64,000 nucleotides of DNA from Eubacteriales bacterium (GTDB lineage: Bacteria; Bacillota; Clostridia; Eubacteriales; Anaerofustaceae). The notes under the pieces are model-generated. The model made no database searches, was not told where the DNA came from, and saw only the letters and a program-made list of their open reading frames with translations. The DNA lies in the NCBI GenBank assembly GCA_024685545.1, contig JAIKVR010000009.1:19828-83827 (forward strand). Reading direction: 5' to 3'. Below are positions 31,967-41,292 of the stretch, one piece after another. Every line of letters begins with the position of its first letter. Within the stretch, counting starts at the first letter, position 1. The position numbers and the translations under genes were made by a program.

Positions 31967-33652
31967 CTATTTTTCCAGTCCCAGCTGTTCATATAGCGGG
32001 GCGATTATCATTTCAAGAGAACCTTCTCTGAAAGGATCCTTAAGTCCGCATTCTGCAAGGGCTTCCCTGTAGAACAGCTTGCCGCCTATATGGCACAGCT
32101 TATCGTAATCCTTCCATGCTTCTTCCCTGTCGCTTATCATCCTGTTACTGAAATCCAGCGCGCTCACACTCGCCAGCGCGTAATCGATATAATAGAAGGG
32201 GTACATGAAAATGTGAAGCTGCCTGAGCCAGTATGTTCCGGACTCTAGGGTCGGATATAGCCCGTCATAATCCCTGTCGGGCTGGTACTTTCTTTCCAGA
32301 GAATGCCAGACTGCCTTCCTTTCGGCAAATGTCAGATCCGGTGATTCATACATCTTTTCCTGGAACTCGTCGACCATGCATTCATATGCGATGGCCATGA
32401 CTGTGCTCGCCAGGTGCGCGTAACGGTAATCTTCCGCGCGTTCACCAAAGAACAGCTCCATATACGGGGAGGTAAAGAATTCCATGGAAGTGGAGTGGAT
32501 CTCGCATGTCTCCATGCCGGCCTCCATCTGAGCTGCAAGCTCGAAATCTCTGACACACCATGCATTATATCCGTGACCGGCTTCGTGGGTCAGCACCTCG
32601 ACGTCGTCCTCTGTTCCGTTGAAGTTTGCGAAAATGAAAGGCAGACCGTAGTTTGCCAATTCGCTGCAGTACCCGCCCTGCGCTTTATTTGGACGGCTCT
32701 CAAGGTCCAGAAGACCGCTGTCAGCCATCATCGAGAACAATTCTCCCGCCGCGGGATTCAGGTCATTGTACATCTTCCTTGCAGTCTCTATCTTTTCCTC
32801 AACGGTTCCTTCCGGCCGCGGGTTGCCCTGCGGGAATTCGAAGGAACTGTCTGTGAACGTTATTTTTTCGACCCCTATCCGCTCAGCCTGTTTCGCCCTG
32901 ATCTTCCCTGTGAGGGGCACGACTTCCTTTACAACCTGATCGCGGAAAGCCTTGACTGCCTCTTTATCGTAATCATACCTGCCTCGAAGAATGTAAGCCA
33001 GCGGCGTATATGTTTCAAAGCCCATCGCTTTCCCCATCTGGGTGCGTACCTTGACCAGCTGGTCGAACAGCTCCCCTACAGGCTCCTCAAGAGAATGCAG
33101 GAAGCCGTCGAAGGCTGTGATGGCGCCTTTGCGGACCTCCCGGTCAGGGTCAGAGAAGAAGCTCATGAGTCCGGGAAGAGTAAGCTTTTCACCGTTGAAT
33201 TCGATCTGGCTCTGGGACATGAGCCTCTGGTATTCGCTTGCCAGCTCATTTTCCTTCTGCATGAAGGGTATCATCGCTTCATCGAAGCTTTTAATTGTAT
33301 ATTCGCAGACAGTGTAAAAGCGTTCTCCCCAGCGCTGTACTACCTGCTCTTTAAAGGGCGAAGCGACAACGGCCTTACAGAATTCCACATAATAACTGAT
33401 AAAGATCGGTTCGACATTGTCATAATAAGCCTGTTCGTCCTTATAGAAATCATCATCGGTATGGCAGCTGTGGCGTATCTGGCACAGACTGCTCATGGTG
33501 GAAAAATCCCTTTCGAGCCTGTCGAACTCGAGGACTGCTGCGGCGAAGCTGTCGAAATCGGTAGCTCCTTTGATGAGCCTGAGGATCCTTTCGGCTTCGT
33601 TTTTCATTTCGCCCTGATCTATATGTCTGTATTCTATCTCGTCAAATCTCAT
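31967..33652 (-). CDS. M3 family oligoendopeptidase (PepF-like)
   Basis: 561 aa. Zinc motif HEAGHGYN and M3B-like overall organisation. AGGAGG SD. Confidence 0.85.
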   Translation of the reverse strand: MRFDEIEYRHIDQGEMKNEAERILRLIKGATDFDSFAAAVLEFDRLERDFSTMSSLCQIRHSCHTDDDFYKDEQAYYDNVEPIFISYYVEFCKAVVASPFKEQVVQRWGERFYTVCEYTIKSFDEAMIPFMQKENELASEYQRLMSQSQIEFNGEKLTLPGLMSFFSDPDREVRKGAITAFDGFLHSLEEPVGELFDQLVKVRTQMGKAMGFETYTPLAYILRGRYDYDKEAVKAFRDQVVKEVVPLTGKIRAKQAERIGVEKITFTDSSFEFPQGNPRPEGTVEEKIETARKMYNDLNPAAGELFSMMADSGLLDLESRPNKAQGGYCSELANYGLPFIFANFNGTEDDVEVLTHEAGHGYNAWCVRDFELAAQMEAGMETCEIHSTSMEFFTSPYMELFFGERAEDYRYAHLASTVMAIAYECMVDEFQEKMYESPDLTFAERKAVWHSLERKYQPDRDYDGLYPTLESGTYWLRQLHIFMYPFYYIDYALASVSALDFSNRMISDREEAWKDYDKLCHIGGKLFYREALAECGLKDPFREGSLEMIIAPLYEQLGLEK

Positions 33653-33737
33653 TTCTGACCTCCTGAAGTGTGTATGATTTATTCTATCACAAGATGTTTT
33701 ATGTTATAATGAGCCATTCCATTTTGAGAGAATTTAA

Positions 33738-34400
33738 GTGAAGGAAATTAAACGGATATCTGCTTTGATCTTGACCATCCTCCTCGCTGCCTCCATTTCG
33801 GGCTGCCTCCCCACCAATCCTCCGGAACCTGACGTTCCGCAGGAGGACCCTGTGGCTTTCGGCATGTGGCAGGGCAATGTCTTTACATCGGAATTCATGG
33901 GGCTGACGTTTACGCTGCCTTCCGGTCTGAGGAGGGCCGAAGCAGAATTTATAGCCCAGAACCCCTCCGATGCAGCAGTATACAATAGGGATACGGTCCT
34001 TACCGAAGATATACTATCAGACAGCGGCAAATACGAATACTACGATATCATGCTCGCGGATAGAGAGAACGCCGTATGTCTGACAATGTACATTGTAGAT
34101 ACCAATAAGAGCCTGAATGCCAAGCTGAGCGCTTCGAACTACGCGCTGAATCTCCGTACGGCGCTGACGGGGAAAGGCTACAGTCTTTCCGACAGCATGC
34201 GTGCTACCATAGCCGAAGAGGATTATATCTTTTTCACCGCTTCCGTGAACAATTACGTCAGTCTCAACTACTATATCGGCAAGAACAGGGACTATATCGT
34301 GGTGTGGATGACCTCGACATATCAGGGACAGCAGCCTGACATCGGTGAATTTCTCGCGAGCATCGCCAAGCTTACGGCAGAGAGTACCGAAACGCAGTGA
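33738..34400 (+). CDS. hypothetical lipoprotein
   Basis: The signal peptide MKEIKRISALILTILLAASISGC has lipobox ISGC. I recognise no family. GTG start. Confidence 0.6.
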   Translation: MKEIKRISALILTILLAASISGCLPTNPPEPDVPQEDPVAFGMWQGNVFTSEFMGLTFTLPSGLRRAEAEFIAQNPSDAAVYNRDTVLTEDILSDSGKYEYYDIMLADRENAVCLTMYIVDTNKSLNAKLSASNYALNLRTALTGKGYSLSDSMRATIAEEDYIFFTASVNNYVSLNYYIGKNRDYIVVWMTSTYQGQQPDIGEFLASIAKLTAESTETQ

Positions 34401-34423
34401 CAGGAGAACTGAAACGTCTCCTT

Positions 34424-34449
34424 GGGAAGCCTCAGGCTTCCTTTTTTTC
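34424..34449 (+). terminator. intrinsic terminator
   Basis: GGAAGCC-TCA-GGCTTCC followed by TTTTTTT. Confidence 0.85.
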
Positions 34450-34585
34450 TGCCCGGTCAGACAGTTTAAGAAAATTTTACCACTGTATTATTTGTCCGGA
34501 TAAAAAAGATATGTTCCCTTGACATGCGGCCGCCGCTGATGTATATACTTATCTCTGCATATACTGAAAAGGATCATTTATTTTT

Positions 34586-35932
34586 ATGGAACACGACGAA
34601 CTGTTTGAAAAGACACCTGTCAGAAAACTGTTTTTCCGGCTGACCATTCCGAGCATGCTCAGCCATATAGCGGGAGGCATCACTGAGATCTTCGAAGGCG
34701 TTTTCGTCGGCAGCAATCTAGGCGCCACAGCGCTGGCTGCGGTCAATCTGGTCGTGCCTATCATAATAATATCCGGTGCTGTGGCTGATATGATTGCTTC
34801 AGGCAGTTCCGTGCATATATCGATAGAGCTCGGGAAAAAGAACGATGAGAAAGCCCGTGGAATATTTACCTCTGCCTGCATAATGATCTTTGCCGTCTCA
34901 CTGCTGGTGGCCGGGTTATTCCTGTTCTTTATAGACGAGATCATCGCAATGATGGGTGCTACGGGAGAACTGGCACGCCAGACAAAGGAATACGCCCTTC
35001 TCTTCGCCGCTATGGCCCCGTTGTCGATGTCATACTACGCCTTTGATGATTATCTGCGCATATGCGGCAAGGTCAGGTATTCCATGGTGGTCAACATCGC
35101 GACCTCATTGCTCACCGCTTTCCTGCTCTGGCTCCTTCTGGAGAAGATGCATCTGGGGCTCTGGGCCTCCGGACTGGTCTACAACGGATGCAGCGTCATC
35201 GGCGCAGTAGCCTCGGCGATACCGCTCCTGTCGAAAAAGCTTAAACTGTACTTTGTCCGACCTGAAACAGACGTAAAGCTCACCTTCAAGATCATCGCCA
35301 GCGGGATCCCGGCATTCACGGGCAATGTCACAGTATCGCTGATTATACTTTTGACAAACACGCTACTGTTAAGGATATCGGGAGAGCTGTCGGTAGCAGC
35401 GCTCTCGGTGTACGGCTATATCGAGAGCGTGCTGAGATGCGCGGTATACGGAATGATAAACGGAGTTAAGCCTGCGATCGGATACAATTACGGAGCTCAT
35501 AATGAGAAGCGCCTCGAGCGCCTCGTCAGGGCGCTGTTTGCCGGGACTTTTATAACATCGTTCATCTGCTACGCGGCTGCCCGGCTGGCGCTGCGTCCCA
35601 TCGTCAGCATCTTCTGTCCTCAGACGGATACGGCTCTTATATCCATGACGATCCGTGCATCCGCGATCTGTATGATATCTATATTGATTACGTGGTTTGG
35701 TTCTTCATGCGGGATGCTGTTTACGTCCCTGAACAGACCGGTATACGCGACCGTCTTGTCTTTTATGCGCACGCTTGTATTTCCCGCCGCTACGATGTAT
35801 ATCCAGGCTGCTTTATGGGGAGTGGACGGAGTATGGTATTCCTTTATAACCTGCGAAGTGCTTTCGGCAGTCCTATCCGGCATTTTCCTGTACCCCACCG
35901 TAAGCTCCGTGAGAAAAGACATGGCTGCCTGA
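34586..35932 (+). CDS. MATE family efflux transporter
   Basis: 448 aa, about 12 TM segments, and a typical MATE N-terminus (PVRKLFFRLTIPSMLS...). A TTGACA-17-TATATA promoter lies about 60 nt upstream. Confidence 0.85.
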   Translation: MEHDELFEKTPVRKLFFRLTIPSMLSHIAGGITEIFEGVFVGSNLGATALAAVNLVVPIIIISGAVADMIASGSSVHISIELGKKNDEKARGIFTSACIMIFAVSLLVAGLFLFFIDEIIAMMGATGELARQTKEYALLFAAMAPLSMSYYAFDDYLRICGKVRYSMVVNIATSLLTAFLLWLLLEKMHLGLWASGLVYNGCSVIGAVASAIPLLSKKLKLYFVRPETDVKLTFKIIASGIPAFTGNVTVSLIILLTNTLLLRISGELSVAALSVYGYIESVLRCAVYGMINGVKPAIGYNYGAHNEKRLERLVRALFAGTFITSFICYAAARLALRPIVSIFCPQTDTALISMTIRASAICMISILITWFGSSCGMLFTSLNRPVYATVLSFMRTLVFPAATMYIQAALWGVDGVWYSFITCEVLSAVLSGIFLYPTVSSVRKDMAA

Positions 35933-36041
35933 TAATTCATCTTATAACAGACTCTGAGATAGAAGGTCAAATCCACCTCGGCTATTTATTATTCCATTAT
36001 TGCCATGTGCGAAAACTGGAAGCTATACTATGCCATAACAA

Positions 36042-36097
36042 AACTGACCTCCTGAAGTTAGATTCTTGGTCTAACCTTTGGGGGTCAGTTCATTTTG
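36042..36097. terminator. putative bidirectional terminator between MATE and PrsW genes
   Basis: An 11-bp stem (AACTGACCTCC/GGGGGTCAGTT, one G-U pair) with a 27-nt loop is flanked by AAAA and CATTTTG. Confidence 0.55.
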
Positions 36098-36149
36098 CAG
36101 TAAACCAGTATCCCTTTTAATTGAAAAGGCTATGTGACTGCTGCTCGCT

Positions 36150-36887
36150 TTACTCGAGCGATGTCATGTTCCCGTCATATGGTCCGTCCTGACCATTGTA
36201 GGACCCGTCATACGGTCCATTGTTAACAATAGGCGGGATACTGTTCGTTTCCTTGATGAGCTTTATCGCTTTGGTGTACAGGTAGATCATAAACGGCACG
36301 AATACCAGCAGCGCCCAGTCGAGATTGAGGAATAAAATGGCATCATAGACACCGTGTGCCGCAACGGGAGCAGCAATCGAGAGCACGGTATAGTAGTTGC
36401 GCTTTTCCGGCACGAACTTTGCCAGAGATAGGAAATACCCCATCAATACACCGAAGATGGCATGACCCGGCACAGAAGTAATTGCACGGACAATGCCTGT
36501 GGTGATGCCGTATTTGCCCACATACGCGATATTTTCCAGAGTCGCGAAGCCCAATGACACGGTCGCACAGTAGATGATCCCGTCATACAGCTCGTCATAG
36601 CTACGTGAATTATAGGCGATGAGCTTATCTGCAACGTACTTGACTCCCTCTTCCATCAGGGCGACCCCGAAAAAGGCCTGAAAGACAAGCCCGACCGCGG
36701 TGTACGGCTCTCCGAAGATCGAGGTATAAAGTGTTTCCAGTATTATTGCCGGAAACGCGGTGATTATGCCGGCAATAAACAGCAGCGCAAGGAGCCACAC
36801 GGGTTCCCTGTTGTAGCGGTCAAAGCTCAGTATAACGAAAATTATAACGACAGTCGGAAGTATCGCTATTAAAAATTCCATTGGCAT
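36150..36887 (-). CDS. PrsW family intramembrane metalloprotease
   Basis: A polytopic protein carrying EEGVKY and HAIFG...HGVYD motifs. Confidence 0.8.
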   Translation of the reverse strand: MPMEFLIAILPTVVIIFVILSFDRYNREPVWLLALLFIAGIITAFPAIILETLYTSIFGEPYTAVGLVFQAFFGVALMEEGVKYVADKLIAYNSRSYDELYDGIIYCATVSLGFATLENIAYVGKYGITTGIVRAITSVPGHAIFGVLMGYFLSLAKFVPEKRNYYTVLSIAAPVAAHGVYDAILFLNLDWALLVFVPFMIYLYTKAIKLIKETNSIPPIVNNGPYDGSYNGQDGPYDGNMTSLE

Positions 36888-37010
36888 GTTTTTTCTCCGA
36901 TCCTTAGGTTTACACTATTTTAACAAACACTGACTCTTTTTTAAATAAGTTTAGCGTAAATAAGCGATGTATATACTATAATTAAAGGTAATTCGGCAAG
37001 GGAGAATAGA

Positions 37011-39932
37011 ATGGAAAACATCAAGGGATACACTTTCATAAAAGAAGAATACATCAGTGAGATCTCCGCTGTCGCACGGCTCTACCAGCACGACAAGAGC
37101 GGTGCCAGAGTGATGACTGTCGAATGCGATGACGAAAACAAAGTATTCTGCGTCTCATTTCTGACTCCTCCGGAAGACAACTGCGGCACGCCTCACATCA
37201 TCGAGCACAGTGTGCTCTGCGGATCTGACAAGTACCCGCTCAAAGAGCCCTTTGTCTATCTGCTCAAGTCCTCCCTGAATACATTCCTGAACGCCATGAC
37301 GTATCCGGACAAGACTATATACCCCGTGGCGAGCATGAACGAGAAGGATTTTGAGAACCTGACCGACGTCTACTGCGACGCCGTATTCAACCCGCTGATC
37401 AGGACAGACGACTTCCCGTTCAGACAGGAAGGGCACCATTACGAATACTACGGTGAGGATATCACCGTCAACGGCGTAGTATATAACGAGATGAAAGGGG
37501 CAACATCCTCGCCTGACGATATGCTCTTCGACGCATCCCAGTCATCGCTCTTCCCGGGCACGGCATACAGCCTCAACTCCGGAGGGGATCCCGATTTCAT
37601 CCCCGAGCTTACCTATGAGAAATACCTGGCTTTCTACAGAAAGCACTATCATCCCTCCAACAGCTATATCTTCATTTACGGCAACACAGACATGTCAAAA
37701 CATCTGGAAAAGCTGGACAGGGATTACCTGAGCAACTTTGACCGCATCGTCCCGCCTGAGGCGGATCTCATCTCTGAGGATTTCAACTCTCAGGAGATCT
37801 TCGTTAAGCAGTATTCGGTCGACGGTGAGGATATATCGAACAGATACTGGTTCGCCGTCAACTGGGCGATGGCCCCCGCTGGGGACAACAGGGATCAGCT
37901 TGCACTGTCCGTCCTTGAGAAGATACTCTTCGACACGGATTCCTCCGTATTGAAAAAAGCCCTCAGCGACGCGGGCATAGGCGAGGAAGTACAGTGTTCG
38001 TTCACCACGGAGGAAGCCACCTCCTTCATGACAGTTTATGTCAAGAACGCGCCACTTGAAAAGCTGGAGCTGTTCAGAAATACCGTAAACGAGACGCTTG
38101 AAAAGATATGTCGCGAGGGTCTGGACGACGAAGTCATCCTTGCATGTGTCAACAGTTCAGAGTTTTCGCTCAGGGAATCCGATATCTCCTCAACGATAAA
38201 AGGCCTTATCTACGCTATCAAAGTCATGGGCGGATGGCTCTACGGAAAGGACCCGTTTGACCAGCTGAAGTACGAAGACCTCATAGAATACCTCAGGGAT
38301 AACCTGAGTTCCGATTTCTATACGGGCCTGATTAAAAAATACATGCTAGACAACCCGCACAAAAGCATAGTCATGCTGGAGCCTGTCAGCGGTCTCTACG
38401 AGAAGAAAGCAGCGGAATTTGCCGAAAAGCTGTCTGATTATAAGTCAACTTTGACACCGGAGGAACTTGACCGGATGCAGAAGGAGACTGAGGAGCTCAA
38501 GGCCAGGCAGGCTGCCCCGGACAAGCCTGAGGACATAGCCAGGATCCCGGTGCTGGAGATCTCGGAGATCTCCCACGACTGCGACAAAGACGAACTGGAA
38601 TGCTATGAGAAGGGGAAGACCCGGGTATTCGTGTTCACCGGGGAAGCCTCCGATATCGTATACACCGACATCAACTTCGATATCTCAGCACTCCCTGCCC
38701 AGGAGCTTCCGAGGCTGAAGCTGCTGCGCTCAATCCTGGGCGTATACGCGACAAAGAATTATTCCGAATACGACCTTGGCAACGTCCAGGGCATTTATCT
38801 GGGCGGCACAGGCAGCGCAGTCAGCGTACAGCAGGATTTCGCTGACATAGACCTTTTCGACCGCAGATTCACGTACTGGTCCAAGGCCCTGTTCTCCAAT
38901 GCGGACAGGCTGTTCAGTCTGGCTGAAGAATCACTTCTCTCTACCAGGTTCGACGACATCGAAAGGCTTAAGGTCACGGTCAAGGAAGAGATCAGCAAGT
39001 TCGAGAACGGTCTGATCAATGAAGCGGAATCCTACACGCTGCTCAGGATGGATGGTTCCTCATCGGCAAAAGGCGCATTCAACTCCGCACTGAGGGGCGA
39101 GGCGTATTACCGCTACCTGCTTTCCGCGGCCGCTCGTCTGGACAGGGGCGACGCGGGAGTGCTCTCGGAGCTGAAAGAGACTGCCGAAAAGATAGTGACG
39201 TCGGCAGGACTGGATATACTCATCACCTGCGACGAGAAAAACAGGGACGCGATAGTGAACAAGGCTTTCGCCTTTGCGTCAAAACTGCCGGACAAGCAGG
39301 CAGGGCAGAAAGTCCTCTTCGTTCCGGAGAAAAAGATCAACGAAGGGATAGCCATTTCCTCAGCCGTTGCCTATACGGGACTGGGCGTGAACCTCGTCAA
39401 GGCAGGAAGCTTCATGCCCAGAGCTTTTGCAGTGACCCGCAAGTTCCTGACAACAGATTACCTTTGGAACAACATCAGGGTCAAGGGCGGTGCCTACGGG
39501 GCGATGATGCGCACCGACAGAGGAGGCGACCTGATGCTGGTGTCCTACAGGGATCCAAACGTGAAGGCAACATATGAAGTATATGAGAAGATACCTGAGA
39601 TACTTAAGGGGCTGGATCTCACGAGAAGAGAGACTGACAATTTCATCCTCGGAACAGTAAGCGATATCGACATGCCGAAGACAATATACTCGAAAGCCAG
39701 GCTTGCATTGGGCTATCTGTACGCGCATTATCCCTATGAGGAACGAAAAGCCACGCGGGAGGCGGTGCTATCGGCGACGCTCGATGACATCAAGAGCTCG
39801 GCAGAACAGTTCGAATGCCTGCTTAAGGAAGGCGTGAAGGTGACATTCGCACCTGCCATGAAGCTCAGAGAATATGAAAACGGCTTTGACCGGATAACCT
39901 CGATCAACAGGAACAGCAAGGATGAGTTCTAA
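37011..39932 (+). CDS. insulinase family (M16, PreP-like) zinc peptidase
   Basis: 973 aa. Inverted zinc motif HIIEH (GTPHIIEHSVLCGS) and a four-domain M16C-like length. Confidence 0.9.
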   Translation: MENIKGYTFIKEEYISEISAVARLYQHDKSGARVMTVECDDENKVFCVSFLTPPEDNCGTPHIIEHSVLCGSDKYPLKEPFVYLLKSSLNTFLNAMTYPDKTIYPVASMNEKDFENLTDVYCDAVFNPLIRTDDFPFRQEGHHYEYYGEDITVNGVVYNEMKGATSSPDDMLFDASQSSLFPGTAYSLNSGGDPDFIPELTYEKYLAFYRKHYHPSNSYIFIYGNTDMSKHLEKLDRDYLSNFDRIVPPEADLISEDFNSQEIFVKQYSVDGEDISNRYWFAVNWAMAPAGDNRDQLALSVLEKILFDTDSSVLKKALSDAGIGEEVQCSFTTEEATSFMTVYVKNAPLEKLELFRNTVNETLEKICREGLDDEVILACVNSSEFSLRESDISSTIKGLIYAIKVMGGWLYGKDPFDQLKYEDLIEYLRDNLSSDFYTGLIKKYMLDNPHKSIVMLEPVSGLYEKKAAEFAEKLSDYKSTLTPEELDRMQKETEELKARQAAPDKPEDIARIPVLEISEISHDCDKDELECYEKGKTRVFVFTGEASDIVYTDINFDISALPAQELPRLKLLRSILGVYATKNYSEYDLGNVQGIYLGGTGSAVSVQQDFADIDLFDRRFTYWSKALFSNADRLFSLAEESLLSTRFDDIERLKVTVKEEISKFENGLINEAESYTLLRMDGSSSAKGAFNSALRGEAYYRYLLSAAARLDRGDAGVLSELKETAEKIVTSAGLDILITCDEKNRDAIVNKAFAFASKLPDKQAGQKVLFVPEKKINEGIAISSAVAYTGLGVNLVKAGSFMPRAFAVTRKFLTTDYLWNNIRVKGGAYGAMMRTDRGGDLMLVSYRDPNVKATYEVYEKIPEILKGLDLTRRETDNFILGTVSDIDMPKTIYSKARLALGYLYAHYPYEERKATREAVLSATLDDIKSSAEQFECLLKEGVKVTFAPAMKLREYENGFDRITSINRNSKDEF

Positions 39933-41292
39933 TAGAAAACTTCTCTTGACAGCGCTGGCTATACTGCTGGCGCTGTCGTTTTGGCAGGGAGAGGCGCGGG
40001 CATCAGACTACGACCTCAGCGGCTATCAGAACGCCGGGATCTATGTGATAGAGCAGAATACGGACACGGTCCTGCTCGAAAACAATGCCGACGAACGGTT
40101 CTATCCGGGAAGCATCACCAAGATACTCACCGCCATGACCGCACTTGACATTACTGACGACCTGAATGAAAAGGTCACGGTTACCAGTGAGATGCTGTCT
40201 CTCGTCAAGCCCAACAGTAGCAGGATCCACCTTTCTGCCGGAGAGATAATCACCTACGGTGACCTGATGAGGGGATCGCTCATACGCTCAGGAAATGACG
40301 CAGCAATTGCGATCGGAGTTTTCTGCGGGTGCAGGCTCACCGGATCATCGGACACTCTTGTTGGCTACAAAGCCTTCATCGAAAAGATGAATGAAAAATC
40401 ATCCTCACTGGGACTGACCGGATCGCACTGGGCCAACACCGACGGATATGATGACAAGGAGAACTATTCCACTCCCAGAGATATAGTCGCACTGGGCATT
40501 GCCGCACAAAATTACCCGTTCATCACCGAGACGGTTATGACTCTGTCATACACGGCAGTCACGAGTGCAGCTGCCAGAGAATTCATGAGCACGAATATTC
40601 TCAAATACACCGAGCTGCCGGATATGCTGGGAGGCGGGCCAAACCCGTACTACAGGGCATCGGTCACGGGAATGAAAACAGGCAATACCGTAATGGGGCA
40701 AAAATGCCTGCTTCTGTCGGCGGAGAACGGGAACATGAGGATCACAGCGGCGATACTCAACATTCCCGACAAGACCAACGAGATTTGGCCGCTGGCGGCA
40801 GGGATAATAGATTACTCCTTTGACGGCCACAGGGTCATAGATCTCATAGATGAGTCAAACAGAAAAGCATCATATAAGATATCCAACCCATCGATTCTGC
40901 AGAAGGGGAACCTCGACGTACAGACTGATGACAGCATTACTCTGTGTCTGGATATCGACGCAGCGAAGGGCTACATCTGTGTGACTGCGCTGAACCAGGA
41001 GAAGGTCCTGGATGTTTACAATGGAGCGCTCAAGCTGGCGTGCGACATCCAAAAAGGCGATGTCATCGGTAAGATGGAATTCCTCTACGATGGCGCGGTC
41101 ATCGCGGAGACGGAAATGAGGGCACTTACAGATTACGATGTATTCAGCAACAGGGATATCATGATCGCTGGCATGCTCGTATGCGCTGTAATCATCCCCA
41201 TAGCCCCTGGAGTCTCCATCATATCAGTGAAGAAAAGAAGAATCAGAGCGAGAAAACGGAAAAATGCAGCAAAAAGTACTGAACGCGCTTGA
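39922..41292 (+). CDS. D-alanyl-D-alanine carboxypeptidase (S11, PBP5-type) with C-terminal membrane anchor
   Basis: Signal peptide, SxxK (SITKIL), SGN (RSGNDAA) and KTG (MKTGNT) motifs, a C-terminal TM segment and a basic tail. Confidence 0.85.
   Translation: MSSNRKLLLTALAILLALSFWQGEARASDYDLSGYQNAGIYVIEQNTDTVLLENNADERFYPGSITKILTAMTALDITDDLNEKVTVTSEMLSLVKPNSSRIHLSAGEIITYGDLMRGSLIRSGNDAAIAIGVFCGCRLTGSSDTLVGYKAFIEKMNEKSSSLGLTGSHWANTDGYDDKENYSTPRDIVALGIAAQNYPFITETVMTLSYTAVTSAAAREFMSTNILKYTELPDMLGGGPNPYYRASVTGMKTGNTVMGQKCLLLSAENGNMRITAAILNIPDKTNEIWPLAAGIIDYSFDGHRVIDLIDESNRKASYKISNPSILQKGNLDVQTDDSITLCLDIDAAKGYICVTALNQEKVLDVYNGALKLACDIQKGDVIGKMEFLYDGAVIAETEMRALTDYDVFSNRDIMIAGMLVCAVIIPIAPGVSIISVKKRRIRARKRKNAAKSTERA

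Noticed and set aside
32414-33658. A 414-aa ORF on the plus strand, lying entirely antisense to the M3 oligoendopeptidase gene. Similar long antisense ORFs occur at 19234-20205, 29275-30141, 44394-45206, 48620-49405, 49442-50158, 23716-24528 and 53600-54271.
   Set aside because: Each is fully embedded opposite a gene with unmistakable family motifs. None has a recognisable domain or SD, and they show the skewed, low-complexity composition typical of mirror-frame artefacts in moderately GC-rich coding DNA.
33655-33669. An exact 15-mer CTGACCTCCTGAAGT shared with 36044-36058. It could be a repeat element or a duplicated regulatory site.
   Set aside because: A few chance 15-nt matches are expected within a 64-kb window read on both strands. 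One copy is simply the reverse complement of the pepF-like SD region and the other is a terminator arm. There is no extended similarity on either side.
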